From: the human T2T-CHM13v2.0 reference genome, Homo sapiens
NCBI RefSeq assembly: GCF_009914755.1
Contig: NC_060933.1
Length of the DNA stretch: 64,000 nt
Reading direction: 5' to 3' (one strand)
The notes beneath the pieces were generated by a model. It was not told the DNA's origin. It did not search any database and was given only the letters and a program-made list of their open reading frames with translations. This document shows positions 1-13,937 of this stretch, in pieces (within the stretch, counting starts at the first letter, position 1; each line of letters starts with the position of its first letter). The translations under genes and the position numbers were made by a program.

Positions 1-3000
1 TGTTCTGGGCGTCTCTGCTCCTTTCTGCTGGTGCCTGTGCCTTTGCTGGCCGACGACTCATAGATATCAGAGCCACAGGACGGCCCCGCAGAACCCCTGC
101 GCCGGCCCTGCTGGGGGCTGGCTTTGGTGCACATGCGACCAGTCATCGTGGTCCCCATGGGGCATCTCTGCTCTTCTCGAGGCAGCTTGGGCCTTCGCTT
201 GCCCCTACGTCTGCAGAGCTGAGCACCTGCCACCTCTCCCCAGGAAAGGCAACCAAATGCCACCAACTTAAGGCACCCACTGAAGGCCACCAACTGAAGG
301 CCGGTTGCCGTGCCAACTTGATGGTGTCCTGCTTAGGAAGAACCAATCAGGCCTTGAGTTCCCTCCATGCGCTGCCCTTCCATTTGTGACGTGGGAGTCC
401 AGGCACTGGCTCACAAAGCCGCGCCCCCCAGCGACCCCGCCCCACCTTTCATTTATTGGTAGCTGGTAGCAAATTTCAGGTTTCCTCACTGTGAATTATG
501 GATATGAATTATGATGCAATTACTATATCCTAATGTACCTCATGCACTATCTGACCACCAAAGTCCCCTCTTCCCCCATGGCCTCTGAGTTTTTTGGAAA
601 CTAGAAAGAAGATACATTTCTGCAGGTGCTTTCAGAAAAAAACATTGCCACGATCTAAGGTTACTCTGTGATGTCAAGTCATATTTCATATGCCATATAT
701 ATTCATATTTATATTCATAATTCAAAATGCACATATTCAATCAAAATAACAGGACTAAAAAGGAAATTTTCTAAAATTTATACACTAAGTACATTATATT
801 TTTCTAATGATCACTTTGATAGAGCAAACTTAGAAACTATGGTTTCAACAAATGAAGAGGCTTATGCAAGAGAAAACCACCACCTAACACAAGATTTTCA
901 ATGTGATCATCATTGCTACTTTTCACTAGCAATTATCCAGTCAATATATTGTGAACTGCTTTGTTACTATGGTGATTTATTTAAACTTAGTGATCCTTTG
1001 ATTATCTCAAAAATATGAATAATACCAATTTTATAAACTTGTTCTAAAAATTAAATGAGAGAAAAATAATCCTCCTTCTCTATATATTGAAAACCTACAA
1101 AATTAGTAACATTGTGTCCAGATATTACACACTTACCTTATTGAAGCCTCATCACAACCCCGTCTTTTAAATTACAGGGATTATTCCCAGATTTTTAAAC
1201 ACTTACCTTATGCAAGTCTCATAACAATCCCATCTTTTATAGATGAGCAAACTGAGGCTCAGATGAGTTAAAAACACATTCACCATCAAATCATAATGAG
1301 TGATGGAATTGAGATTCAAATCCAGTTCTCTCTGACACCAAAGATGGTGCAATATAATGAAGACCAAGTTATATCCAGCACATGGAGGGATCAAAACATG
1401 TTGATTCCCTTTCTCTACCCTCTTACATGTGAATCTCAATGACTTTCACTGCCTCAGAACAATCCTAAACTCCCTCCCAGGTTGCCTTGCAGAGGATCCC
1501 TTCATTTTGGCGACGATTAGGAATCCGCATTTTTGGACCACAGGCATCTATAAAGGGTTGTGTTGATCAAGAAACAAAATTGTCTAGGCCATAAGTTACT
1601 GTGAATTGTCTAGCTTCTCTGCAAAAAATAAATGGGCTATTCTCTTTATTTTTTACTATTTCACTATTGAGAATAGCCTAGAATCAACCTAAGTGTCCAA
1701 GAAGTCTTGGTTTAACCCTGAGGATTACTAATGTTTTCACTGTGGTCATTGTGGTAGATTATATTATCATTCTCCCATTATCTGGTCTTCCTACTGCAGT
1801 GACCCTATCTCCTAGAAGATTATACATTTCTGTCCTATTGAAGGAAGGGTCAGATTTAGATATGTGACCTGTTAGGCCACTGAAATGCAGGTAGAAGTGG
1901 CATGTGTAACTTGTAAGCAGAAAATTTCCTTTTTCAAGGATCTGGGAGCCATCCCTTTCAAATGTAATCCTCCAGAAAGATAATACCTTATTTCCCAGTC
2001 TCCATGAGAGAGTAAGAGCCTAATCTTGCTCCAAGTTGTAAAAATTATCTTATATCATAAAGATAAAAGAAAGTTTATTTTTCCTTTGAGAAAAGACAGT
2101 TAGCAAAGACAGGTGGCCTATGATCGCCCCCTTACCCTCACTTTCAAAAACTCCACGGCCCTTTGTATCAGGGGAGCTGAGTTCAGACTAGGTCTGGCCT
2201 CTCTCCTGTATTGCAATAGCTTGAATAATATCTTCCTTACTTATTTAAATTTTTCCAGTGCAATTTTTTCTTTGACTCTTTCCTCCCTCTCTAAAACTTA
2301 CATTGAAATTTTAGTAGGATTCAAGGCAGCCAATCTCGACCCTTGAATATGTAAAAGAACCCTTTAAGATTAAAAAACCCATGTTATCTTCCATAAATTA
2401 TTTCTCCAGACTATTGCCTTATTAAAAGTTTCTATTTCTTATTTTTGCATTGAAAAGGAGAATGATGATTTTTAAATAAGTTCCTACTCACTTTTAATTT
2501 CTACTATCACAGTTTTATTGCTTTTCATGGCAATAGATTCCTCTGGTTCAACAGGAAGGCCAGAACAAGGAAGTGCAGAAACATCTCAATATATCTCAAA
2601 AAGTTATTTAACATGGAGAGTGTCATTTAGTATCTTTAACATCTTTATCAAACGGATGCTATTATTATCCCCCTTTTACAGGATATTAAAACTTACATAC
2701 TGTAAATAACCAGCTGAAAGTCATATAGCATGGAAAATACAATAAGCATACAAAGAAGCAATGGTATTAGAAGTGGAGGAGGGTGAAGGATTAAAAGGCT
2801 AAACTTAGTTTGGTTAAGAAAAAAGAAAACTAGGAGGTGGCAAACTCTTGTTGGAAAGGGGAAGGATTTGGGCAGAGCAAGGTAGTGGAGTCGATCTCTC
2901 CAGTAATCATACCCCTATGGACACATCTATATGAAAAACTATCCACATATGAAATTACCTTTACAAGAGCTAACGAACCCTGAATACATGAGTGAGTCTA

Positions 3001-5839
3001 TGAAGCCCCTTTGGACTGCAAAGAGGAGTAAAACCATGCTTGGACAGTAAGGGAAACAGTACTCTGTGACTGTGATACTTCTCCCCCTGGACATAAAGGT
3101 ATTATATGCACAAAGTCCTACTGAACTCACAGTTCTTACACTGAATAAAGTGAGCAGAAGTTGAATATTTCTTTCCACCATACTGAGTGCCTTCACAGTA
3201 GACTCACTCCTGCATCAACCCACAAGCAGCACCATGAGTGTCAACAGAGCTGAACCACCAGAGGCATGCTAGGGACATAGAGAAGGGATTGGGTTAGCGA
3301 TACTTACTATATGAAACTTAGCAGTGGCTAGCCATTCCTACCAGAGGAAACATTATACCAGACAGGTTGTTTATGGGCACCACGTTGTGGGAAACATGAT
3401 ACACAGACTGTCCAGATTTGATGGCCTGACTTGTTCTCCCCCAACAGACAGCAGCCTTTCTGTGGATCACCCATGGGCCCGTCCATTTACATTGTATCAG
3501 TGGTGAAGCCCTATTGCAAGACTTATGTCTAACCTTTGCTTTGGGCACCTCCTAATGCTAAAATGGAATATAATGGAAATCCACACAGAATTTCTAAACA
3601 AGCCCACTGAGAAACAGTCAAAAACAAACCCAGACTGAGAAGATTGAAATAAATATTTAATTCATCAATGTGTAGAAAGAGATGTACATCTACAAAAAAT
3701 AAGAATAGCCTAGGAAAAACTGCCTCACCAAATGGAGAAAACAAGGTGTCAGCAACTGAACCTAAAGACATGCAAATGAATGATGTGGCAGACAAAAAAA
3801 TTCAAATAGCTGTTTTTTTTAAAAAAAAATCTGTGCACTTCAACAAAGTACAGAGAAACAATATGGAAATTTATGAGAAATTCAACAAAGAATTTAAAAT
3901 AATGGGAAAAAATTATACCAAATCATACCAAAGAAATGTTAAAGAACAGTCTTCAAACTGAAAGAAGAGGGCACTAATTTGTAATACAAAAAATTGGAAG
4001 GTATAAATTTGCAGGTAAAAATAAATATTCAGACAAATTCAGGATGCTCTAATATAGTAATAATTGAATGTAAACCACTTACATGTTTTTAGTAAGAAGG
4101 TTAAAATACAAAACAAAAATAATAACAACTACAATAATTTGTTAAGAGATAAGTGATATAAAAGATGTAAATTAAGACATCAAAAATGCAAAATGTGGGG
4201 GAGTGATTGAGTTAAAGAGCAGAGTGATTGTTTTTCCCCATTTCTTATTATCAAAATTAAGTTGTTATCCATTCAAAATTACCTATTGAAACTATAAAAT
4301 ATTCTTCGCATGCCTCATAGTAACCAAAAGGCAAACATTTTTATTAGATACACTAAAAATAAAAGAACAAGAAACAAAAACACACAGAGAAAATCACTTA
4401 ACTACAAAGGAAGACAACAAAGGGACAAAAAGGTACAAAAATTCTAAAAGACAAGAAGAAAACAGTATATGGCAGTACAAGTCCTTATCTATCAATAATT
4501 ACCTTGAATGTACATAGATTAAATTATCCAGTAAGAAGACAGAGAATGGGTAAATGGATTAAAAACAAGACCTAACTATATTCTTTCTACAAGAGACTCC
4601 CATCACCTGTAAATACACACATAAATTGAAAGTGATCAGATGGAAAAATATATTTTATGACAATGGAAATCAAAAGAATGCAGAAGTAGTTATATTTATA
4701 TCAAATAAAATAGACTTCAAGTAAAAAAAACTGTAAACACAGACAAACAAGGCCATTATGTAATAATAAAGGGGTAAGTACAACAAGAGAATACAATAAT
4801 TGTAAATATATAATGCCCTCAACATTGGAGAACCTAAATATATAAAGCAAACATTAATAGATCTAAAAGGAGAGACCAAAAACTGTACAATAATAGTGAG
4901 AAACCTCGACATCCCATTTTCAGCAATGAACAGATCATTGAGAGAGAATGTCAACAAAGAAACATTTAAACTGCACTCTAGATCAAAAGAATTTAACAGT
5001 TATTTACATAACATTTCATCCAACAATTGCATAATTCACTGTCTTTTCACCTGCATATGGAATATTGTCCATGATAGATATGTTAGAGCACAAAACAAGT
5101 CTTAGCTAATCAAAAAATCAAATCATATCACTTGTTTTTTTTGACCATATGGAATAAAGCTAGACATAAACAACAGAAGGAACTTCAGAAATTGTTCAAA
5201 TACATACAAATTAAACAACATATCCCTAAACAACCAAAGGGTCAATGAAAAAAATTTAATTTTAAAACATCTTAAGACAAATAAAAATGAAATCAGAACA
5301 TATGAAAACTTATGAAATACAGCAAAACAGTTCTTAGAGGGAAGTTTATAGCAATACATTTTGACATCAATAAAGAAGAAAGATAATGAATAAAGCATCT
5401 AACAATGTATTTCAAGGAACTATAAAATCAAGAACAAACTAAGACCCAAATTAGCAAAAGAATATAAAGATCAGAGCACAAATATACAAAATGAAGACAA
5501 AAAAATACAAATGAGTCATTAAATGAAGGAATCTTCTTTGAAAAGGTAAAATTGACAAATGTTTTGTCAGACTAAGAAAAAAAGAGAAAATTCACATAAA
5601 ATCAGAGATGAAAAAGGATATACTATGATAGACTCTAGAGAAATATAAGGAATCGTAAGTACTACAAACAATTATATGTCAATAAATTGAAAAACTTAGA
5701 AGAAATACGTATGCTCTGGACACATATAACCCATCAAAATTGAAGAAAGAAGAAGTAGAAAATGTGAACACACCAATGAAAATTATTAGATTGAAGGAGT
5801 GATTTAGGCTCTCAGTCAAGAAAAATCCAAAAGACTTTA

Positions 5840-6112
5840 CACAGTAGCTCACATCTGTAATCTCACAGTTTAGGAGCCCAAGGCAGGAGAATCACTAGAG
5901 GCCAGGAGTTCAAGATTAGCCTGGGCAACACAATGAGACTGCATCTCTAAAAATAAAAATAAAAATTCCCCAGGTATAGTGGTATGTACTTTTACTCAGG
6001 AGGCTGAGGCAGGAGGATCACTTAAGACCAGGAGTTTGAGGCTGCAGTCAGCTATGACTGCACCACTGTATGCCAGCCTCAGTGATAGAGTGAGACCCTG
6101 TCTCTAAAAAAA
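5840..6112 (+). mobile_element. AluJ-like element inside the old L1
   Basis: Dimeric Alu motifs (gaggccaggagttcaag; gaggctgcagt) and an A tail. Confidence 0.85.
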
Positions 6113-8291
6113 TAGAGGAAGAAAGAAAAATTCATGACTTGGTGGTTTTTGCTGACAAATTCTACAAAACATTTTAAAAACTTATACAAATTATTTACAA
6201 ACTATTTCAAAAAAATGAAAAGGAGGGAACTCTTTGTAAACTCCAGGCCAATATCATTGATAAACATAGATGCAAACATTCAAAACCAGCAGTTCTAGCA
6301 ATGATAATTCAAAAGCACATTAAAAAGATTATTCACCATAATCAAGTGGTATTTACCCGGGGAGGTAAGGATAGTCTAATACATGTAAATCAATAAAATG
6401 TGATACATCACATTAAACAAAGAAGGATAAAAAGCATATAATAATTTCAATAGATGCAGAAAAAAGCATTTGACAAAATTAGACATCCTTTTATGATCAA
6501 ACCTTTTAACAAATTAGTTATAAAAGAACATAATAAAATAAAGACCATATGTGATAACCCACAGGCAACATTATACTGAATGGTGAAAACTTGAAAGCTT
6601 TGCCTCTAGGATCTGGAACAAGACAAGGATGTTCACTTTAATCACTTTTTTCAACATAGTACTGGAAGTCCTAGTCATAACAATTATGTAAGAGAAAGAA
6701 ATAAAAGGCATCCAAATTGGAAAAAAAAGTCAAATTGTCCCTCTTTGCAGATGACATGATCACATATGTAAAAAACCCTAAGTACACCACTGAGAATCAG
6801 AAATAGTAAGTGAATATAATAAGGTTTCAGGATACAAAAGCTACATAAAAAATCAGTAACATCTCTACAACAATAGCAGACTATCTGAAAAAGGAATCAA
6901 GAAAATAATCCCATTTAAAATAGCTATAAAAAACCAAAATACCTATAAGTAAATTAAGCCACAGAAAGATGAAAATTATTAAACATTGATAAAAACAATT
7001 TAAAGAATTAAAATAAATAGAAAGATATCCCATGTTCATGGACTAGAAGAATTAATATTGTTGAAATGACCATACTACTCAAATCAATCTATAAATCCAA
7101 TATAATCTCTATCAAATTTCCAACTTCATTCTTCACAGATATTAAAAAATATCTTAAAATCCATGTGAAACTACAAAACACCCCAAATAGCCAAATAAAT
7201 CTTAAGCAAAAAGAGCAATGCTAGAGGTATTACACTATCTAATTTCAAAATATATTACAAAGCTATCCTAACTAAAACAGCATGGTATTGGCATAAAAAC
7301 AGACATGTAGACCAGTGGAACAAAAATAGAGAGCTCAGGCATAAATGCACATATTTACATGCAACTTATTTTAGACAAAGGTGCAAACATTCAATTGGGA
7401 AAAGACAGTCTTTTCAACAAATGGTTCTGGGAAAAGTGCATATCCACATACAAAAGAATGAAAGTAGACCCCTATCTCTCATCATATAAAAAAATCAACT
7501 CAAAATAAATTAAATATTTAAATGTAAGGCCCCCAAACTATGAAACTAGTAGAAGAAAACATAGGTGAAATGTTATATGTCATTGGTCTGGGCAAGGACT
7601 TTTTAGAAAAGACATCAAAAGACATGCACAACAAAAGCAAAAGTAAACAAATGGGATAACACCAAATAAAAACTTCTGCACTGCATAGGACACAATCATG
7701 AGAGTGAAGAGACAACCTACAAAATGGGAGAAAATATCTGCAAACTATTCACTTCATAAGGGGTTAATACCCCAAATTTATAGAAAACTCAAACAACTCA
7801 ATAGCAAAAATACAAATAATTGGATTAGAAAACAGTCAAGATAGCTGAATAGACATTTCTCCAAATAAGACAAAAAAATCACCAACAGGTATATGAAAAA
7901 ATGCTCACCATCACTAATAATCAGAGAAATGCAAGCCAAATCCACAGTGAGATATCATCTCACCCTGCTTAGAATGCTTTTTATGAAAAAGTCAAAAAAT
8001 AACAAATGCTGGCAAGGATGTGAAGAAAGGGGAATGTTCATACACTGTTGGTGGAAATGTAAATTAGAGCAATTGTTATGGAATACAATATAACTTCCAA
8101 AAACATTAAAAATAGACTTATCACATAATCCAGCAATCCCACTACTGGGTATATATTCAAAGAATATTAAATCAGTATGTCAAAGAGATTTCTGGACTCT
8201 CATGTTTATTACAGCACTATTCACAATAGCCTAGAATCAACCTAAGTGTCCATCAATGAATGAATGGAGAAAGAAAATGTGGCATATATGC

Positions 8292-8584
8292 TGTATTTGG
8301 TCATTCTTGCATTGCAAAAATAAAGAAATACCTGAGATTGGATAATTTATAAGAAGAGAGACATAATTGGCTCCTGGCTCCATGGGCTGTACAGGGAGCA
8401 TAATGCCAACATCTGCTTGACTAGTCAGGAAGCTTGGGAACTCGTTCACTATCATGAGGATAGCACCAAGCCATGAGGGATCCACCTCCATGACCCAAAC
8501 ACCCCCTACCAGGCCCCATCTCTAACAGTGGGGATTACAATATAACATGAGATATGGGTCAGGACAAATATCCAAACTATATCA
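8292..8584 (+). mobile_element. MST-type (MaLR) LTR inside the old L1
   Basis: tgtatttggtc...aaatacctgagattggataatttataag...caaactatatca. Confidence 0.8.
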
Positions 8585-10483
8585 TATGCACATTTGGCCA
8601 TAATAAAGGGTAAAATCGTGTCACTTGTGACAACATGAATGAGCATAGACGACATTGTGGTAAGTGAAATAAGCTAACCACGGTAAGACAAATATCACAT
8701 GATCTCATTTATATGTGAAATCTAAAAACACTGATCTAATAAAGAGTAGAAGAGTGGTTACCAGAAACACTGATCTAATAAAGAGTAGAAGAGTGGTTGC
8801 CAGACTGGGAAAGATAGGGAGGAGAGGTTTTAACAATGCATCATGTATCAAAATACCACATTGTACCCCATCAACATGTGAAATTATCATGTATCCACTT
8901 AATAAAAGCAAAGAAAAAAGAAAATGGAAGAGTCAAGATACTGAGGCACTGGAAGAGATAGAAGAGAAGGTGAATTGGCAGTAAGGAAGAGAGAGTCTGA
9001 AAGAGCAGGTCACAGAGTGGGACATTAAAGTTTATAACATTAGAAATCAATTTTTAAGTGATTGAAAAGTTAAGTTTATAGCCATGAAAGTGAGTAGCTC
9101 AATTGAAGTGAAAGTAAAAGTCAATGAAAGATTAAATTAGAAAATATATTGCTTGGCATTTAGTAGTTACTTCAGAAATATTAATAAATCTTAAGAAAAT
9201 TAAGAACACCAAAGCATTCATAGTGGGCCATTATCATAATATGAATTTATGTGGTAATATTTTATTCTTTCCAGTGAAGGGAGTAATTCAGTCTTGATTA
9301 CAGGTTAGAAAATGATTTTTCCAGGTGTGACCCACTGACCACATTCATTGTATTTGAATTGCTTGAGCAATTTGTTTCAGGAGAAAATGGAAAGATTTTA
9401 AGATGGACCAACGAAATTACCACTGAGTGTCTTTAATGGAAATCTCAGCCTTGTCTAGAATAACCTGAGTTATCTGTTTCTATGGGGTCTCTGTGCCTTT
9501 TGTTTTCTTTGTTATTTGCAATTCTGTTAGTTGTAGATTACTGATAGTAATGCAAATATTCATGTTTATAGACAGGCAAATGATTGATTTTGGTGGAAGT
9601 ATAATTAATTTTCCTTTTCCCACCTTCCATCAAGAATTCAGTTTTGAACCTATCAAGCAAATTTATTTCAGTGTTCCTTAGTGCCTAGATATGTGTGGCT
9701 CTTTTAATTTTCCGTAAAACTCAGTATAACATCTTACTGGCTCCTTCATTAAACGAAAATCCTAGACAAGTGTTCATTTTATATTTGTAAGTTATAATTT
9801 ACCCTATTTTAAGCAATTTTCCTTTATCATTCCTAAAAATACAGATTCCTATGCCCCATGCTAGACCTATTGAATCAAAATCTCAGGCCTAAGGCACGAG
9901 AATTTACATTGTTAGTAAGCTTTTCAAGTGATTTTTAGGCATACTAAATTGTATTACCCATTACCATTCTAATTATTTAAACTTGAATTATTGTATTTAT
10001 AATTCCATCTTCATCAAAGTAAACTTTTGGTTAGCAAAAACGGTAGAAACCCCCTTATTCAATCAGATTGGGACCAGTAATAAACAGATTAATCACAAAT
10101 TTAAGTTAGCTGGAGGAATCATAAGAAGTATTAGATGTAAGTCCTTAAAACTTAACTTTAATTTAAAAGACATGTGTAAATAAATTTGCCAGAATTTTGA
10201 TGACAAGGTCAAACCCTTGCACGGATTCAGAGTGGAGTTTCTTGTGGAAACTATGCCAATGATATGTTGTCATTGATTTCTTGTTCACTTTCTGTGAAGA
10301 CAACTGGGGTAAAGCAATCTGAAATCCTAGATTACACAATTTTTCCCATTTGTTTCTAGTTGTCTTGCCAACAGTTAAGCTGACAGCAACTGTTGAGTTT
10401 CTCATTTTTCCAACATATTTAGTTTATTTATCAGAGAAACAACAATACTACTCTTGTTATACTCATTTTCTCAGTTTACGTAA

Positions 10484-10750
<267 letters not shown>

Positions 10751-11029
10751 CAACATCATATTTAATTAAATTGCATAACTACAAGAACAAGAACAAATGG
10801 CGTAAACATATTTAGGAATGAACACAGCTTCCTCTTAGAAACTGTACAATTTCTGTGATGGAAGGAGAAATGTACAGGCATTAAAAGCAGCTCAAAGGCT
10901 TTCCATTTGCAGTGGACATCAGTCAATAAGTTGTACAGGGGTACAAGAAAGTGCTGATTGTAAATCAGTTAAGTGGAGGTCAGTTAAGGCAACATCCACT
11001 GTATCTTAATTTGTAAAGTGAATGTTCTA

Positions 11030-11200
11030 AAACTGGGTTCACTTTTGCTATAAAGGACCAGATGAAAAATATTTTAGGCTTTGCAAACCATACGTTCTCT
11101 ATAGCAACCATTCAACTCTACCATTGTAGCAGGAAAGCACCATAGATCCATGGATGTGCTCCAATAAAACTTTATTAAAACAGGCAGCTGGCCTGAAGGC
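11030..11200. mobile_element. MER58A-like DNA transposon
   Basis: aaatattttaggctttgc...caactctaccattgtagc...aaagca. Confidence 0.65.
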
Positions 11201-12384
11201 CATGTATATATCTTGCTGTTTTCATACAATTTTCTAAGTTAGTAGTTCCTTGCTTTTCTAATAATCAAGGATTACTTTTAATCCTCTCCTCTGATTTTAT
11301 GTTTCAAAAGCCTTAAGAAAAACCCACAAAATATATTTATTTTGTAATTTTGGGGGGGGGTTTATTTTACTAATAAGTAATCAATGATATATAAAGGCTA
11401 CCCATTAGGTCAGTATGAAATAATCAACATTATTAACTCTAATGACTTAGTACTGGATAGAAATAAAAAGTATTCAACTATATACATATAACTTAAAACC
11501 TGTATAGATTTTTCTGGTGTAAATATATAACTTTTCGAGATTTTTCAAGTATTAAGTACAACTTTTAGGAATCCTCACACCTGGCTCCCTATGATGACAT
11601 TCAAGAATTCCTTAGGATTCTGGGAATCTTCAAATGAAAGTCACTGCTCTGTAGGAATGAATGAATGAATGAATGAATAAGAAAGGGAAGGAAGAAGAAA
11701 GAGCATGTCTACTAAATGTAAATTAATCATCAAGGAATGTTTATTTATTAATAAATTTGTCAACTTTAGGTTGCCAAATCTAACAAGAGACCAACATGGC
11801 ATTCATGGTGATCACACCTCTAGTCAAATTTTATTTTAGTTCATTGGCTATACTATTAATATCCTGTAATACTCAAAAATTTTGTCTTAATTCTGTGAAT
11901 AATTGACTTATTAATCACCCTATACACTACTTAATGAATGGAATGGTGCTTGGAATAAAGATAATTATAGGGCTAAAAGGGTTTTCTCTAGAGGCAGGTT
12001 ATAGGATTTTTTTGTCTGACTGGAATAAAACAAAATTAATCAATATTTTCTGCAACCAATGGCTTTTGACTTAGTCATCTATTAATATCTATCAATCACT
12101 ATAACCTCAGTCCTATTTCCTCCATTCTTCTTTTTGCTATCATAAAAACTGGTCCATTTTTTTCCTGTTAGATCTATATGTTTCACCTCTTTTCTTTTCA
12201 TCCAAACAACTGGTCATCAACTTAGTACAGATAATGCAATTGATCCAAACCCTACAGAACTCACTGTTTCAATTTACATAACTTACATAACTGTCAAGCT
12301 GAAATCACTCTCAAATTTTTTAATTCAAAATTTTAATTTCATTTAATCATATTTATTTATTCATTAATTAATTTATTTTGAAAA

Positions 12385-13937
12385 TAATTTTAACTTGTAT
12401 TTTACATTCAGGGGTACATGTGCCAGTTTGTTACATGGGTATATCCCATATTGCTGAATTTTGGGGTATGAATGATCCCATCATCCAGATGCTGATTTGG
12501 TATGGTTTGACTCTGTGTCCCCATAAAAATCTCATGTTGAATTGTAATTCCCAAAGTAGGGGGAATGACTTGGTGGGAGGTGATTAGCTCATGAGGGCAG
12601 ATTTCCCCCTTGCTGTTCTTAGGTGGTAAGTGAGTTCTCATGAGATCTGATGGTTTAAACATATGGCACATCCCCCCTGGCTCTCTTGCTCTCCTGCCAC
12701 CATGGTAGAATGTGCCTTGCTTCCCCCTTCACCTTCTGCCAAGATTATAAGTTTCCTGAAGCCTCCCAGCCATGCTTCCTGTACAGCCTGTGGAACTGTG
12801 AGTCAGTTAAACCTCTTTTCTTTATAAATTACCCAGCCTCAGGTAGTTCTATATAGCAGTGTGAGAACAGATTAATACATGAGCATAGTACCTAATAGTT
12901 TGTCAAACCTTGCCTTCCTCCTTCTCCCCTCTAGTAGTCCCGGTGTTTATTCTTTCCATCTTTATGTCCATGAGTACCCAGTGTTTAGCTCCCACTTATA
13001 GGTGAGATCTTGTGGTATTTCATTTTGTATTCCTGCATTAATTTGCTTAGGATAATGGCCTTCAGCTGCATCCAAGTTGCTTCAAAGGACATGATTTTGT
13101 TATTTTTATGGCTGCATAGTATTCCATGGTGTGTGAAATGGTTTGGAAGGTGGCCCCTATAAATTTCATGGTGAAATGTAATCCTCAGTGTTGGAGGTGG
13201 GGCCTGGTAGGAGGTGTTTGGGTCATGGGGGTGGATCTCTCATGGCCTGATGCGTCCTTGTGATAGTGAATTCTTTCAAGATCTGGTTGTGTAAGGGTGT
13301 GTGGTACTTACCCCCACTCCCATTCTCTCTTGCTCCTTCTCTGGCCATGTGATGTACCTACTCCCTCTTGGCCTTCCATCATGAGTAAATGCTCCCTGGA
13401 GACTCCACAGGCGCCAGGCAGATGCCGTCACCATGCTTCCCGTACAGCCTGAAGAGCTATGAGCCAATTAAATCTCTTTTCCTTACAAATTACCCAGTCT
13501 CAGGTATTTCTTCATAGCAATGCAAGAATGGCCTAATAATACTGTGTGGATGCACCACATTTTATTGATCCAATCCACTGTTGATGGGCACCTAGGCTGA
13601 CTCCATGTCTTTGCTATTGTGAATAGTGTTGCGATGAACATGCAAGTGCATATCTCCTTTTGGTAGAATAACTGACTTTCTTTGGGTCATATACCAGTAA
13701 TGGAGTTGTTGGCTTGAAAGGAATTTCTATTTTAAATTCTCTGAGAAATTTCCAAACCGCTTTCAACAGTGGTTGAACTAATTTACATTCGCACCAATTA
13801 TGTGTAAATGTTCCCTTTTCTCCACAGCCTCCCAAGAGCTGCTGTTTTTTGATTTTTTAATAGTAGCTATTCTGACTGGTGTAGGATGGTATCTCCTTTT
13901 GGTTTTGATTTGCATTTCTCTGATGATTAGTGATGTT
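12385..13937 (-). mobile_element. L1PA/PB 3' end interrupted by two MST-type LTRs (~12493-12879, ~13134-13540)
   Basis: ggggtacatgtg..gtttgttacatgggtata L1 3' end. Two tatggtttg...ctaataca-type MaLR LTRs are nested inside it. Confidence 0.8.

Larger units (their letters stand above)
3550..8920 (+). mobile_element. Old L1 (L1MA-like), ORF1/ORF2/3'UTR remnants
   Basis: A-rich degenerate L1 ORF2 motifs (gatgcagaaaaagcatttgacaaa; ggaacaagacaaggatg; peptide [14 protein letters not shown]). Ends near aataaa at ~8900. Confidence 0.85.
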
